Origin: Mesotaenium endlicherianum
Lineage: Eukaryota
Length of the DNA stretch: 64,000 nucleotides
Assembly (NCBI GenBank): GCA_009602735.1
Contig: WELA01000963.1
Span: 278,192-342,191 of the forward strand
Reading direction: 5' to 3'
The notes below the pieces were generated by a model that was given only the letters and a program-made list of their open reading frames with translations, did not search any database and was not told the origin of the DNA. Shown here piece by piece: positions 30,289 to 42,220 of the stretch (positions are counted from its first letter, which is position 1; each line of letters starts with the position of its first letter). The translations under genes and the position numbers were made by a program.

Positions 30289-31510
30289 CTGCTATTTGTA
30301 TGTTTGCAGTTATTGGAGCAAAAGAGGATGCTGGCATCCTCGTTAACAGAAGCACCGGTGTGCAAGGGACCGACAGGGAACCCCAATCTGTCCCCGGCCA
30401 CAACCACCAAGAAGAAAGCCACAACTCCATGAGAGGTACACAGCCTCCTGACACCTTGAGAGCATGTGCATGCTAGACTGTCAACTGACTCTGCTTGTTG
30501 GCCACACGGTCTTAGAAAGGGCTCAACTTCCATGTTATGAGTGCAGGCATTCCACGTGAAGAGGAGGTTTCCATTTCAGTCCCAATGTGGGGGAACAACA
30601 AGCACGGCTATGAACAGGAGTGGGAAGATTGCAACAACAAGAAGTCTCCACAGAACAGAGACTCCGACCTCAACAAAGAATTTGTAGACTGTGCACATGG
30701 TGAGTAGGTGCGGAATCGGTGGTGTCTCACTTCATTTGTACTCCATCTGCATGCTTATGCACATTGTAGCAATCTCAGGCCCTCCTGCGTTGGCTGATAG
30801 ATCACAAGCAAGGAATGAGCAGGCCCTATCAGCGCAAGCGACACTTTGATGCTGCGACCTGTGACTGCAGAGAAGACAACTCCGGAGGGAGGCTCCTGCG
30901 GTACGTATTTGAGCAATTTAAAGAAGAGGACGCCAAAATCCGAAGCGCCGCCACGTAGGAGGCCTCCAGCTACGAAGTCAGCCCAGACAAACAAGAAAAA
31001 GAAGCAGGCTGCAACTTCAGGCGGGAGTTTCGCTGCTCCAACAACTAAGAAGAACCACCAGCAAAAGGAACGCCGCGTGTACTCTGTGGAAGAAGAGGAC
31101 ATGGCAACACAGCCGAGTGAGGCAGAGACGACAAGCTCAGGTGGGCAAAAGATCGATTGGACTCCCTGTTGCACGCAACTTTGCTGATGCACGCATATCT
31201 CAAGAGTTCAGCATCAATGGTGCACCTCATTGAACATCTGCACGAGGGTAGGTCTACACATGATTATCAGTTGAAGAAACAGGAGCGCTTGTGAGGGATA
31301 ATAGCATGCCAATATTGGGGCCACCCGGAAGATACATTGTCACCCGTTTCAGTTGCACTGAGCAGACTCTGATTACAAACCGAAGCCCCGGGAGCTGCGT
31401 GCTGTGGAGCTGCTTGCTGTGGACTGAACAAGGCGGGAGCAAGAGGAGTGCCAAAGGCCTGTGTACAATAAGAGGTGCTAAAAGAGATGCTCTGGCAACA
31501 TGTGTAGAGA
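29880..31510 (+). pseudogene. Multi-exon cargo gene remnant: coiled-coil region followed by a basic low-complexity region
   Basis: Exon-like blocks with AG/GT borders (e.g. 29880-30159, from 30310) and charged helical translation. Several stops. Confidence 0.4.
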
Positions 31511-31979
31511 GCTAATGCAACAATATGGCGGAAATATTTATTGTAAGAAGATTTGGGGTACCAGAGTATATCGTACAGGACCACAACTTGTACTTTTACT
31601 TACAAAATAAAGAAATAAAACTCTTGTCCACAGGTGCTGTTGTTAGTAACATATACTGATTCCATGATGCACACCGCAAATTTGCTAGGCGCAGAGACTC
31701 CAACTGCTGCAGTGCAGGACACTAACACAAGTACACATGCATACTTTTTGATATTATATTAGTCTACATCATTGGTCACTCAACTTCACACAACCAAGCA
31801 TGTGCACTGGAGGAGGCATGAAAGTGATTCGATTTTCAACTGTGATTTCGACAGCAGACATCCCCAAGAGTAAGGAGGATAAAATGATGCTACTCTGTAG
31901 CAACAAGGCGCCTACACCCCTAACACAAGCTTCTCAAAAGCATGTGTGCAAATATTTGACTCAGACGCTAGTGCTGCAA

Positions 31980-33094
31980 CTAATGTAACCTGCCTGTAAA
32001 ATAATATGAACTAATGTACAAGGAGCTCAAAGAGGGGCCTTGCAACAGCAAGGACCACATATGTACAATTACTAGAACCTTGTAAAGGCCCTCACACTGC
32101 ACAGCTGCCATCGCTCTCTGCTTCCAGGTTGCAGCATCATCATCCTCCGGCTTTGCCCTCCACAATTGCACATCCACAATAGCATTTAGTGTGTTAGATG
32201 GAGGCGCAACAGTAGCAAAACTACCTGCCATTGCATGTTGGGCACAAACAACACAGGAATTGTCCACCTCAAATCCTTCACATCAAGAATTGCCTACCTC
32301 CACTCCCCCCATGTAGCAGACAGAGCACATGTTGAAACTTAAACCGCTTTCTTCCACAGCAACATCCTCACCCTCAGCTTCAGCAATTCTTCTTGCACGC
32401 TTTTGGGTGCCCATGTATCACCCAGACACTTTCTGTGGGACTGAATTGCATCTGATTTCAAGTCTCGCAATTTACCCAAACCGTATGAGGCGTTTTTTGA
32501 CATCTGTAATGACTCCTTCATCCATTGGACAATATCATTTGTGACTCTATCAAACTCTCTCTCCCTATTTGGCCCCATCTCCTCAATTGGATCGTCATCA
32601 ACTGGCTAGAGAGCTGCCACTACATCCACAGCTAGCACTACATCTCCCTGTGATCTCTCAGGTTCTAATAATGGAGCTTTGCCCTTGTCTGATGTTGATG
32701 CCATGACAGACACGACTTTGTCCTCCTCTAGAGCTAGCTAACGAGGCTTGTTTCTCAGACGGAAGGCTTGATCATAAAAGACTGCAGCCTTTCTTCTGAC
32801 CTAAGATAAATGCTGATTGATGGTGATGTTTATATCTAATTTCGCCATCGCATCACTCTGGATTACCTCCAGACGAGTAATGTCATATGCAAGACTACTT
32901 TTCAAGGCTTCAATCCTTTTGATTTCCACTTTGGTTTCCTCTATAAATTCCTGCAGTTCATCACATAAATTGCTGTGCCGCTGTTTCTTAGTTGGACTCA
33001 CCGGTTCCTCATCAGCACTACTTGTACCTCGTAACCCTTCACCCCCTTTGCTTTTGGACATTGGCATGTATTGGCTGTTGTCGCTCACGCACAA
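31980..33094 (-). pseudogene. Cargo gene remnant: coiled coil plus a possible PHD-like Cys cluster
   Basis: LCDELQEFIEETKVEIKRIEALK coiled coil and CSVCYMGG..CEG..SCVVCAQH, interrupted by stops and frameshifts. Confidence 0.4.
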
Positions 33095-33295
33095 GACAAT
33101 GCAATGTATGAATGATAAAAGCTAGCACAGCTCGAAGAGAAAGAGGGCCCGACTTTGTGACCAGCCTGAAATCTTGATTCTTGATATTAAATTCATCACG
33201 AGCACCACAAGAAACGGGAAACTCACCTGACATGCACACAATAGCCTATCTACGCCCTGGCCGAGGGTCCCATCTGTGGATATATTTGTCTTCAA

Positions 33296-33610
33296 TGTAG
33301 GAATATACACCTGAGCCACTTACATGCAGCCACGGCTCTGCATGTGCATTTAAGAACAGGGCTCGGTAGAGGTATCGAAGGACAAGGTTGGATGTCTCCG
33401 ACTCGCAGGCGCTCGGGTTTGACGATTGAACGTAATTAGACGTGAGTAATTATGTCCAAGAACCAAGAGTCGTTCAACCACGTCCAACCTCTGTGCACAA
33501 ACCAACCAAGCGCGAGCGAAATATGAACTTTGTGTTGAATGTACTTCAGATGACCAAAATATGTGGTCACGCACACGCTTTACTTTGTTGAAGCAAATGA
33601 CCTTCAAAGG
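33296..33610 (-). repeat. Right arm of the internal inverted repeat (partner 16315-16657)
   Basis: Reverse-complement similarity described for the left arm. Confidence 0.85.
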
Positions 33611-34320
33611 TTTTCACACAATTATATTTCTATATAGTATAGCACTTGAAAATGAGATAACCTTCTGTAATAAATTGGTTACGAAGCATGGCCTTCCCGG
33701 AGTTTCGATCCTTCGTTTGCTCGTTCGGAAAATGTGCGTGAGGTTGACAAAAAATATAATGTTCGTTTCAGGAGCAATGCAATAGTATGACAAAAATATC
33801 ACGTAAATAAAGTGTAGAAGGGTGGAATGACTTTGGGGTTGCGACCCAATCTATTATCACGCTCAAAAGGGTCGCGTGTGTGGGCACATCAGCTTTTCCA
33901 CTACACCATACTGGGTCATACCGCCAGTGTCGACATTCAAACTACATTACTAATGACGTCCTATCATCCACGGAGTACCACTGAAGTTGAAGCTAGCCCA
34001 ACGTCGATGCCGACGTAGCCGCCCAAAGGTGCCGAACTCAGTAGTGAAGGCAATGGACCTTCGCAACCCACTTTCCCTCCATGAGGCAAATTTGCAGATT
34101 TGACGCCAATTTTTTAAGGATGACTTCCCTCCAATCTCACTTCATTTTGTACCCATATAGTGCAACATGATGGGCCCTTTTAGTGTCAGATTTGTTTCTC
34201 TCCCCATTTTAAAAGCGCACCACCGCTTTCAGTCACCAAGCTACTACAGACACGCCTACATTGTGTCACAATATAGCACTAGCACCAGACGGGAAAATCT
34301 CTGCTATTGTGGATGAGCAC

Positions 34321-35078
34321 ATGTCAGAGGACTCTACTTTCGCAGGATGTATCTGTTCCATATGTTTAGGTGAAAACGCACTTGTGCTTAATTCTTGTTG
34401 TGCGAGATATTCAGTGCGATGAGCACAAGGTCAGCGGTTCAGATTTCAACACTCTGCACAATTTTAAAAGAGGTCCTGGACTGCATCCACATTTATGTTT
34501 GGCAGATATTATGAACACACCCGGGGAGGTACAAGATTGCGGCCACAGGTTCTGCAAAAGGTGTATTGAAACAGCACTTGAAAAAGGGTAAGTCTTGGTC
34601 TTAATAGTTACCTTCCCTCAATAACTGGTGCTGCAATTTATGAATGGCACTCCAGTGTGTAACTGACTATTATGTGCAGTCCACTGTCATTTGCAGGATT
34701 CTCCACACACCTGTGAGCCACATAATGTTCTAAGAGCGGCGTGTTGCCAATTTTGCTCGTGCACCGATTTCCTTGCAGTAGGGGCAAGTGTCCCCTTTGT
34801 AGGAAGCTTGCCACTCGACGGGGATGTCGACGGTTGGATGCTTATTTGTGTGCATTGATGCACAAACTTCATTCCATTACCGACGGTTGTACACTTGTCA
34901 ACAGTTTAAAACCGTTACAAACAAGTGACTGCGTGGGTGGCGACTATGCCGACGAAGACACAGAGTGAGTTACTTTAATCTTGTCCAAATTGATGGGACG
35001 CCTGCAGATTGGAACAGCGCTGCTGTACTCCACTGCTGCTATGCTTCTTTCACACACAAACTGCTGGCCAAGGAGAGA

Positions 35079-35155
<77 letters not shown>

Positions 35156-35157
35156 NN

Positions 35158-35209
<52 letters not shown>

Positions 35210-36173
35210 TGCAAACTGTCAGTCATTTGGAGTTCTATTCACAGATTGAGCAAGATACTGCACTACAGCTCATTACACCATTTTCTTACATGTGACTGTC
35301 TCCAATGGCAGGCCGCCTCTCGACGAGATTGTCTACTATCCGATGAGCAGTAGCTTCATCTGCGTTCCTGTTGTCTTCGTTGGAAAAGCGTGGGCAAAGA
35401 AAGAGGCGGGCATACATCATGCTGACGTCTTCTTCAATGGCTAGTGCATAGAGGTACAGAAAGACATATTTGCAGCTTTCTTCTGTGATGACGACGAACC
35501 GTTTTGGGTCTCAAAAAAGAATGTGAAAGATTATCACATTAAGGAGGATGAGGCTAAGTACAGCAGGGGTAGCACCGCAGCTCTTTCCAAAAAGTGTAGA
35601 ACCTTCGTGATCAACAACCCCAGGCGGTCGTTGGAAGCAAACATTGTAAAGACCAGGAAGGCAAAATTGCCTCCCTTTTTGACTCTGTTCTGGAGGTTGT
35701 ATAGGGTTAGTCCCATTCCGTGCGGTTGTCAGTCTGATACTTCATTCCAGCCGGTTGGATCCTGTACTGCTGCTAATTGTCATAGTTCAAGGTACTTATG
35801 CAGAGGAAGGTCCTTGGAAAATAGCAACGGCTGTAACCATAGTCCCTTGTAGTGTATCGCCCACTCGTGTACAGGTGTCACTGTGTTGCATATGTATTTA
35901 GGATCATGACTCTTCCCCTGGGGACTGAGCAAATTCAGATAAGTTGATGAAAGTCCCGCAGGAGAAGCCAGTTGTTTTTTAGTGGCCTCGTGGAAGTTGT
36001 ATCACAAGAGTCCAGCACATATGAAATTACAGCTGCTTGTTCAATTGAGTTGGAGCACACCAACAAGCATTGAGTATGAGGTCGAGGTCAAGTACTTTCC
36101 GACAGGGTACTCTACCTCTAAGTTTTGTGCAGTGAATTCAGCGCGTGTTCAAGTCTGGCGGCATTCCAAATAA
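34321..36173 (+). pseudogene. Spliced C3HC4 RING-finger gene resembling Polycomb RING1, followed by degenerate PWWP-like segments. Exons approx. 34321-34369, 34506-34587, 34779-34964, 35312-35660, ~35900-36173
   Basis: Spliced RING reads CSICLDIMNTPGEVQDCGHRFCKRCIETALEKGRGKCPLCRKLATRRGCRRLDAYLCALMHKL. Downstream AFFCDDDEPFWVSKKNVKDY and PGD*..F*WP..EVKYFP contain stops. Confidence 0.75.
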
Positions 36174-36333
36174 TTGTCACTCAAATGATCACTAGTAGAA
36201 GCAAATCACCCACTGCGAAAAGTCACGACATACTCATTGCTACTTTAACTTTCTCCCACACATTGTGCCGTCATCAAAGGAGTCCTATCAAGCACCTGTC
36301 CTTATAGATCCTGGGATACTTGTTGCCTCTCTG

Positions 36334-37952
36334 CTAGTGAAGGCCGTCGATCTCCACGAGCGTGCTCACATGCTTTCGGTTACACTTGTGCTGATGCTCG
36401 CCATGTGCACTTTTCCCAGAAAGCCACGTGTTGAAGGCAGCTGCCAGCGTGTCACAAGTAAGATGACCCGAGTCCTTCTTTACTCTAATCTCCTCCTCCA
36501 CAAAGTGGCCGAAAGGCAGTGCGCACCTCAGGGCACCACAGCTGCCTCTCACGAGCTTTAGCCTTCCAGTAGACAGCAAGTTCAACGAGGCCCACTGTTT
36601 GTTCGTGAGGCCACCCTTGACTCGTGGCGGAGCGCAGGGCTCACCGCGTGTGGACAGCGCATCGATGGCCGCCTGGCAGAGGGACGCGCAACACGTCGCC
36701 AGCAACGCGTGTCTTAAGGGCTGTGCCAGGCTTCCAATGCTTGCCCACTCCTTGTCACACCGCGGCCAATTGAACCACCACACGAGTTTGCTCTTAGCGC
36801 ACCTTTGTTCCTCGATTGACCTGTGCACGAGAGAACCGGGTATGGGAGCGACGGGAGGTGCATCTACCAGCGCCGACACGTGGATCGCCTGATGTATCCT
36901 AAAATCACCACTTTGCATCTGCCAGGCAGCCTTCGGCCAGGTGGCCACCTCGTGCAACGGCGGGTCCTTGTTGAAATCGTACTTGTCTTCGTAGGCATGA
37001 GATATTCTACTCTCGATCCATGCCGAAAGGCCTATTGGAATGGCATTACCTAAGTGGTAAAGCTGACGCTTTGCGTGGGCCACACAATTTATTTAGCCAA
37101 CTGGGAATCCTTGCTGGGTCTCTACGTCCTCCACGCCTAGCACCCGGAGGCAAGAGGTGCGGCCCACCTCCTCTGCCACGACGAGGAGGTTGGAGTTCAC
37201 GCACGTGACTGTTGGACAGAGGCCGTATCCCTTGTAGGGCGATGCCTCATTCAATCCCAATACCCACACTCCCTTGTACTCTGTCTTCTCCAGCAGGCTG
37301 TGATGGGCACAGATGCATATTTTTGTATGATTGCCAAACGCGAGAGGAGTCAATAGCAGGTCACGCGGGTCTCCCAGCGCATGGCAAGAATGACGACCCG
37401 CTCCCTAGCTTGGGGCTGTCCAAAGGACAGACATTGCACGATTCTGTAAGCCCAATTGTAACCCAAGGCGTGCAGATTGTGAGCAACATGAGATATATAT
37501 GCAGTCCCACTTTGTGTTTTTCTCGTGAGCAGCCCCGAGACATTCTCTAAAATGACAATAGGCACTCTCTGCAGTTCTAAGAGGCGCCACAGGTGTACAA
37601 TGAGACTAGTTTGCTTCATCGACGCAACCTCCCCGCCTGTGTTACCTCTTGTCGACACATCCTGGCAAGGAAACCCCGCCAGGACAAGGTCGATGCCTGG
37701 GGGAAGACTGCCCATGCTCACTACATCCGAATGGACTTGAACACCAGGAAAGTGCTCCCTAAGGAGGGCCTGATAGTGGGGATTACTTTCAACAAAGACA
37801 CGTATTTCGTGCCCTTGGACGTGGAATGGCAACTCAAAGCCACCTATACCAGCAAACAGACTGCACACTTTCAGTGGTACTCTTTTTTGGCGTCTCTCTT
37901 CAGGTGAAACCATTTGCCCATCAGAGTGGGGCAGTACACGCATGGCAGTCAA
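36334..37952 (-). pseudogene. DNA (cytosine-5)-methyltransferase, Dcm/bacterial-viral-like, with one frameshift (~37352) and one in-frame stop (37093-37095)
   Basis: Motif I SLFAGIGG, IV AGFPCQD, VI LENV, VIII PQARERV, IX EDVETQQGFP and X LGNAI..WI. Confidence 0.92.
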
Positions 37953-37956
37953 GAAT

Positions 37957-38402
37957 TTACCAAGAGTCCAAGCTTAGCTTAGTGCAGTGGAGTATTGTGC
38001 CAATATTTGGTGGGTAGTCATAAACACCACTGGCAATAAAATGGGGATGTAGGAAGCTGGGCAATTTACAGCGCCTAATAACCTCTCTACTGGCATCACT
38101 GTGCAGCCTAGGGTTCTTGAAGACAAAAGCATCTATGTAGTTGTGCAAATAAAATGTGCACTCAAATGTAGCACGCGCTGTAATTGGGGGTACGTGATAT
38201 TGTAACACACTATCTTCGTCCACCCAATAACAATCGCCTTCATTTCGCTCGCCATGGCGGTGGAATATGGCTCCAAAGATATGCAGCTCCACCTCCAAGC
38301 ATAAGCCTTCATAGAAGATAGTGTCAGCCTGCCCGCCATGCTTTTGGGTCGCCCAGTCCTCTCCGAAAAAGCGAGCGGGAATGCGAATGTAGGATGCTGC
38401 CA
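37957..38402 (-). CDS. ORF just upstream of the methyltransferase, possibly its N-terminal reader (Tudor/PWWP-like) domain
   Basis: MAASYIRIPARFFGEDWA..FYEG..CYWVDEDSVLQY is an aromatic-rich beta-type segment on the same strand, ending 5 nt before the DNMT ORF. Confidence 0.4.
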
Positions 38403-39477
38403 TCTCGAATGGGGGCCTGAAGGGAGTGCAAGACAAACATAACATGAGTAGCTTCAGGGCAGGTGGCATACGTCCAGGTTGAAGATTCGCTACTTAATCA
38501 GACAAATACGTGCGCACAAGGGTGGCACAAGAAACCAACAAATTTGCCTTGTTTCATCATGATATCATGCCACTTATGGCCTACATTCACCTCCAAAGTA
38601 CAGGTGAATTGCAATGTACCTCTCGGGATGCATAATCATCCTCTTCTGTGGGCGGGGCGCCGCATAATAGACCGTCATCCTCCTCTTCTGTAGGCGGGAC
38701 TTTCTAAGGTCCATAGCAAATCAGAGGAATTAGGATGAAGAATGTTGCAGATAGATAGTGTAAGATGTAGTAATACACTATTCACATGGGAGGGAAACTC
38801 CCTTCGAGAATTCGGGTGCAATAGCGCCCAAAATTCTTTGATACCTGAAGAAAACGACATGAAATCAGAATGTCAAGATGAGTATATTGGATTAGCGACC
38901 TTTAAACAAATAAGTATGTCTCGATAGATAACTATAAGCAAAGCTGGAAATTTCGTGAATAGATTCAAAAAAATCAAAAATCCACATTTTGAATATCCGG
39001 AAAATTCGCGCCAGTTTCCCCCCCATGACTATTCACGACCATTTGTGTAACCACTTCCTCGTGGAGCCGCACTCTGTCATCGAAACCGTCGGTTGTCCCC
39101 CGTCGACGGGTTAGAACCGATGAAGTATGCGCCAACGACATTGACGCTGACCTGGAGGTCGTTGTTCGACGGCAGGCGTCGAGGTAATACTTCAAGACCA
39201 CGTCAAGAACACTCACTGTGTTTCCCCGACGTTGTACATGTCGGTACATCCAGATGATAAAGTGTACAGCGGAGCACGCGTGGTTGCAACACGTCAAGAC
39301 TAACCGCTGTGTTTCCAAATGACGAAGTGTACGGTGGTACCTGGGCGCGTTAGCGGATTTATTCGCAACTGATACAATCAATAAATCAGGTAAGGTGCTG
39401 TACTCCCATCGCAACTCAGAGCACTCAAACAGAAATGGTTGCGTAATGAGGCATCTTTTGCTGATCCATCTCGTACA

Positions 39478-39849
39478 ATGGCAGAGTCAAACTCGGTTGA
39501 CAGGATTGAGGTGTTTCTGAAAATGGAGGGTGTAAGAGCTCATATAAACAATATGCTGGAAGACGTCAATGAGGAAATTTGGGATCTTGAGCTGATTATT
39601 ATGGTTAACAGTAGCTTGCTACAGGCAAGCAATAAATTGCTCAAAGTATATTTCAAGGAACACGTTAGGCGGCAACTCGAAGATGCACAAATGAGCGAGT
39701 TGTTCAAAGAGTGGCAGAAGGATGACAAGAAGGATAAGGAGCGAATGACGCGTCTTTTAGACAGGAGGAGGCGGCATGAAGACAAAATTTACGGCCTTAT
39801 AATATTATACATAATATTAGGCAGACCAGGCAATGCAAGTGAGAAGTAA
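39478..39849 (+). CDS. Hypothetical coiled-coil cargo protein (123 aa)
   Basis: Uninterrupted ORF from ATG with charged helical composition. Confidence 0.45.
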   Translation: MAESNSVDRIEVFLKMEGVRAHINNMLEDVNEEIWDLELIIMVNSSLLQASNKLLKVYFKEHVRRQLEDAQMSELFKEWQKDDKKDKERMTRLLDRRRRHEDKIYGLIILYIILGRPGNASEK

Positions 39850-41794
39850 GGTGGAGCACATAAACAGAGCATAGTGGGCAATGAGTTCAATGGAGATTCT
39901 ACACATAACAAAAGTAACAGCTTCGCCTTAGTATCAGGCAGGATAGATGTATGTTAGTGAGACGAGTGAGGTGGCCTAATACGTATGGGGGATTATTCTA
40001 CAAATGGATGATAGCAAACCAGTAAACATAGGTTCATATATGCGCATTAGCTGTGTATTCAGGAAGTCGTGGGCTTGCATTTTATCCACATTATTTTGGA
40101 AGCTTTCATTGTGAAATAACGCCTTTCAAACGGAGTGGCAACATTTTAAACAAGCTGTGTGTGCATGTAGAAGAAGCAGTACATAAGGTGTAGGAAAACT
40201 TCATTCATATCAATCCGCATACAGCTTGCGCAAATGCTCACCATTGCCAGATGTATAAGACCTGTTCAATCTTACTGGGTACTGCACCTGCACCTTTCAC
40301 CACTATCACCATCTAAGACTCTGGCTATTGTGCTATGTACACCTCATGCCTCATCTTCTATTTCACTATCTCATCCTGTACACATGGCTCCGGCCTATCT
40401 TGCCCCTACTCAGTAGGCCACCTTCTATAATACACCGCTGATGATCAAGCCTCATCGAGTTGAGCAACAGCGACGTGGACAAGTGTGCAGCGCACACACC
40501 AATCTCTCAAGTTGAATTCTTGTAATAATTTGGTGAATATGGGTCCTAGTCCGATCCTGAGCACCTTCCCAGCAACCAACATGTCAGTCGATGACTTCAC
40601 ACTCAGTATGCTTGTATCCATAAACTTATGCCTGCTCTAAGCATCAACAACAGATGCACATGAATAAAACATGGTTGGCACTTGCGTGCGAATGCCGCGA
40701 CTCACCTTCCATATACTTCTTTATATAGTCGTCAATCTGGCCATACCACTCCGGTTGCTCCTGAAAAGTATTATTGTGAGAGGTTGCCGCGGATAATGAA
40801 ACATAACACAATAAAACGTTGAGTGATTCCATGGGTACCATACGCGGATTATTTTGTCCACCCGTACAGAGGAGGGATGTGAGGTTACGCCATAGGGTGC
40901 TAACTGTTGCGAGAAAGTCACAAACATTTTGCGCAGCTCCTAGTGGAAAATCTAGCCAACATTTCGATTGTTTGCGCAATTGTAAAAAAGTCACATTCCT
41001 GCAAATTTTTTTCAAAAGAGTTAACAGCCCATGGGTTACGCAAACTAGCAATATAATGACACGGGAAGTCACGTTGAGGTGTGCGCAAGTGCTCACCTGT
41101 GGGGGCCCTCTCATCACGCGCAACTGACTGCTGCGACCTCCTAACTACCAGCATCGAACACCTTTCTCCTCTCCTTTGCACCGCCTCAGGATTTTCAACG
41201 GCTGGACCTTCCACCGCGCTTGCAGTGGCGCACATATTCTTTGGAGATCGTCCCCTAAACTTCTTGGGTCCAGAGTTGGGATCCCCCTCTTGTGGCCGTG
41301 ACATTGGGGGCCTTCCCTTCCTCTTGTTTTCGCTCTCTGCACTGCACCAGTGGGGCCTTGTCCCCCGCCATTGTTTACTGCACACATGTTCAAAATGACA
41401 CATACGCTCACTATCACCTACAACCCCTGTTCATATCTGGCTCCATATGCAGTGGCAATGCACGAGGTTGCAAGGCAAGATAACGTGATCACGTGCATGG
41501 AAATTAGACAGGGATAAACTGCAGCCACTCACCGTGTGCCACGGAATGTGCAACCCCTCCCCCCTGTACATTGCATATGTCTGCATACATGACACAAGCA
41601 CACAAGCACATCAAGCACGTCTCCATCATTGATATACAAGATCCAATTCAGTCAAGACTCTTCAGTACTAAACGTAGAAAAAAAAGAGCGAGTACAAAAG
41701 ATAGGCGGTAGATCTCACTTTTGTGAATGTGATCCTTAAGGCAATTAAACTAATTGTGCCACTTTCCAGCTACGGCAAAGAATAATAAACTGTA

Positions 41795-42220
41795 TCAGCA
41801 TGCACACTCTGTGAATCCAATTTGCAAGGGTCTCGTACCCTGCGTGGCGACTCGGGTCCTGGCAAGCAACTCCTGGCACCTGCTCGCCGTGTAGCTTCCC
41901 TCCACGTGGTTACAGTGAAATCCAAGATAAAGACTCAATGCATCTTGCTTGATGACTTTCAGCTGTCGACGGTAGAACCTTCCCAGTTCAGCCGTAAGAC
42001 AGCCACGGCGCTCTAACATCCCTTCTTTTTCCTTGTCCAGCTCGCCTCCCACCTCTTCAAGTTTTGCTCTTTCAAGTCGAAGCTCCACTTCCAGCCGCAT
42101 GCTAACAATGTCATGCTCCTTCTGTGCGCGCTCTCTTTTGTCCAACCCAAGACTTTCGTCACAACTCTTCGTTAGATAATAATCTGCTAACCATTCTAGG
42201 TCTGAAACAGTGGAACCCAT
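41795..42220 (-). CDS. Hypothetical coiled-coil cargo protein (141 aa)
   Basis: ORF with heptad-like RLEVELRLERAKLEEVGGELDKEKE. Confidence 0.45.
   Translation of the reverse strand: MGSTVSDLEWLADYYLTKSCDESLGLDKRERAQKEHDIVSMRLEVELRLERAKLEEVGGELDKEKEGMLERRGCLTAELGRFYRRQLKVIKQDALSLYLGFHCNHVEGSYTASRCQELLARTRVATQGTRPLQIGFTECAC

Noticed and set aside
36334..37952. Bacterial restriction-modification system or contamination
   Set aside because: No nuclease partner or operon. It lies among spliced genes and eukaryotic transposons.
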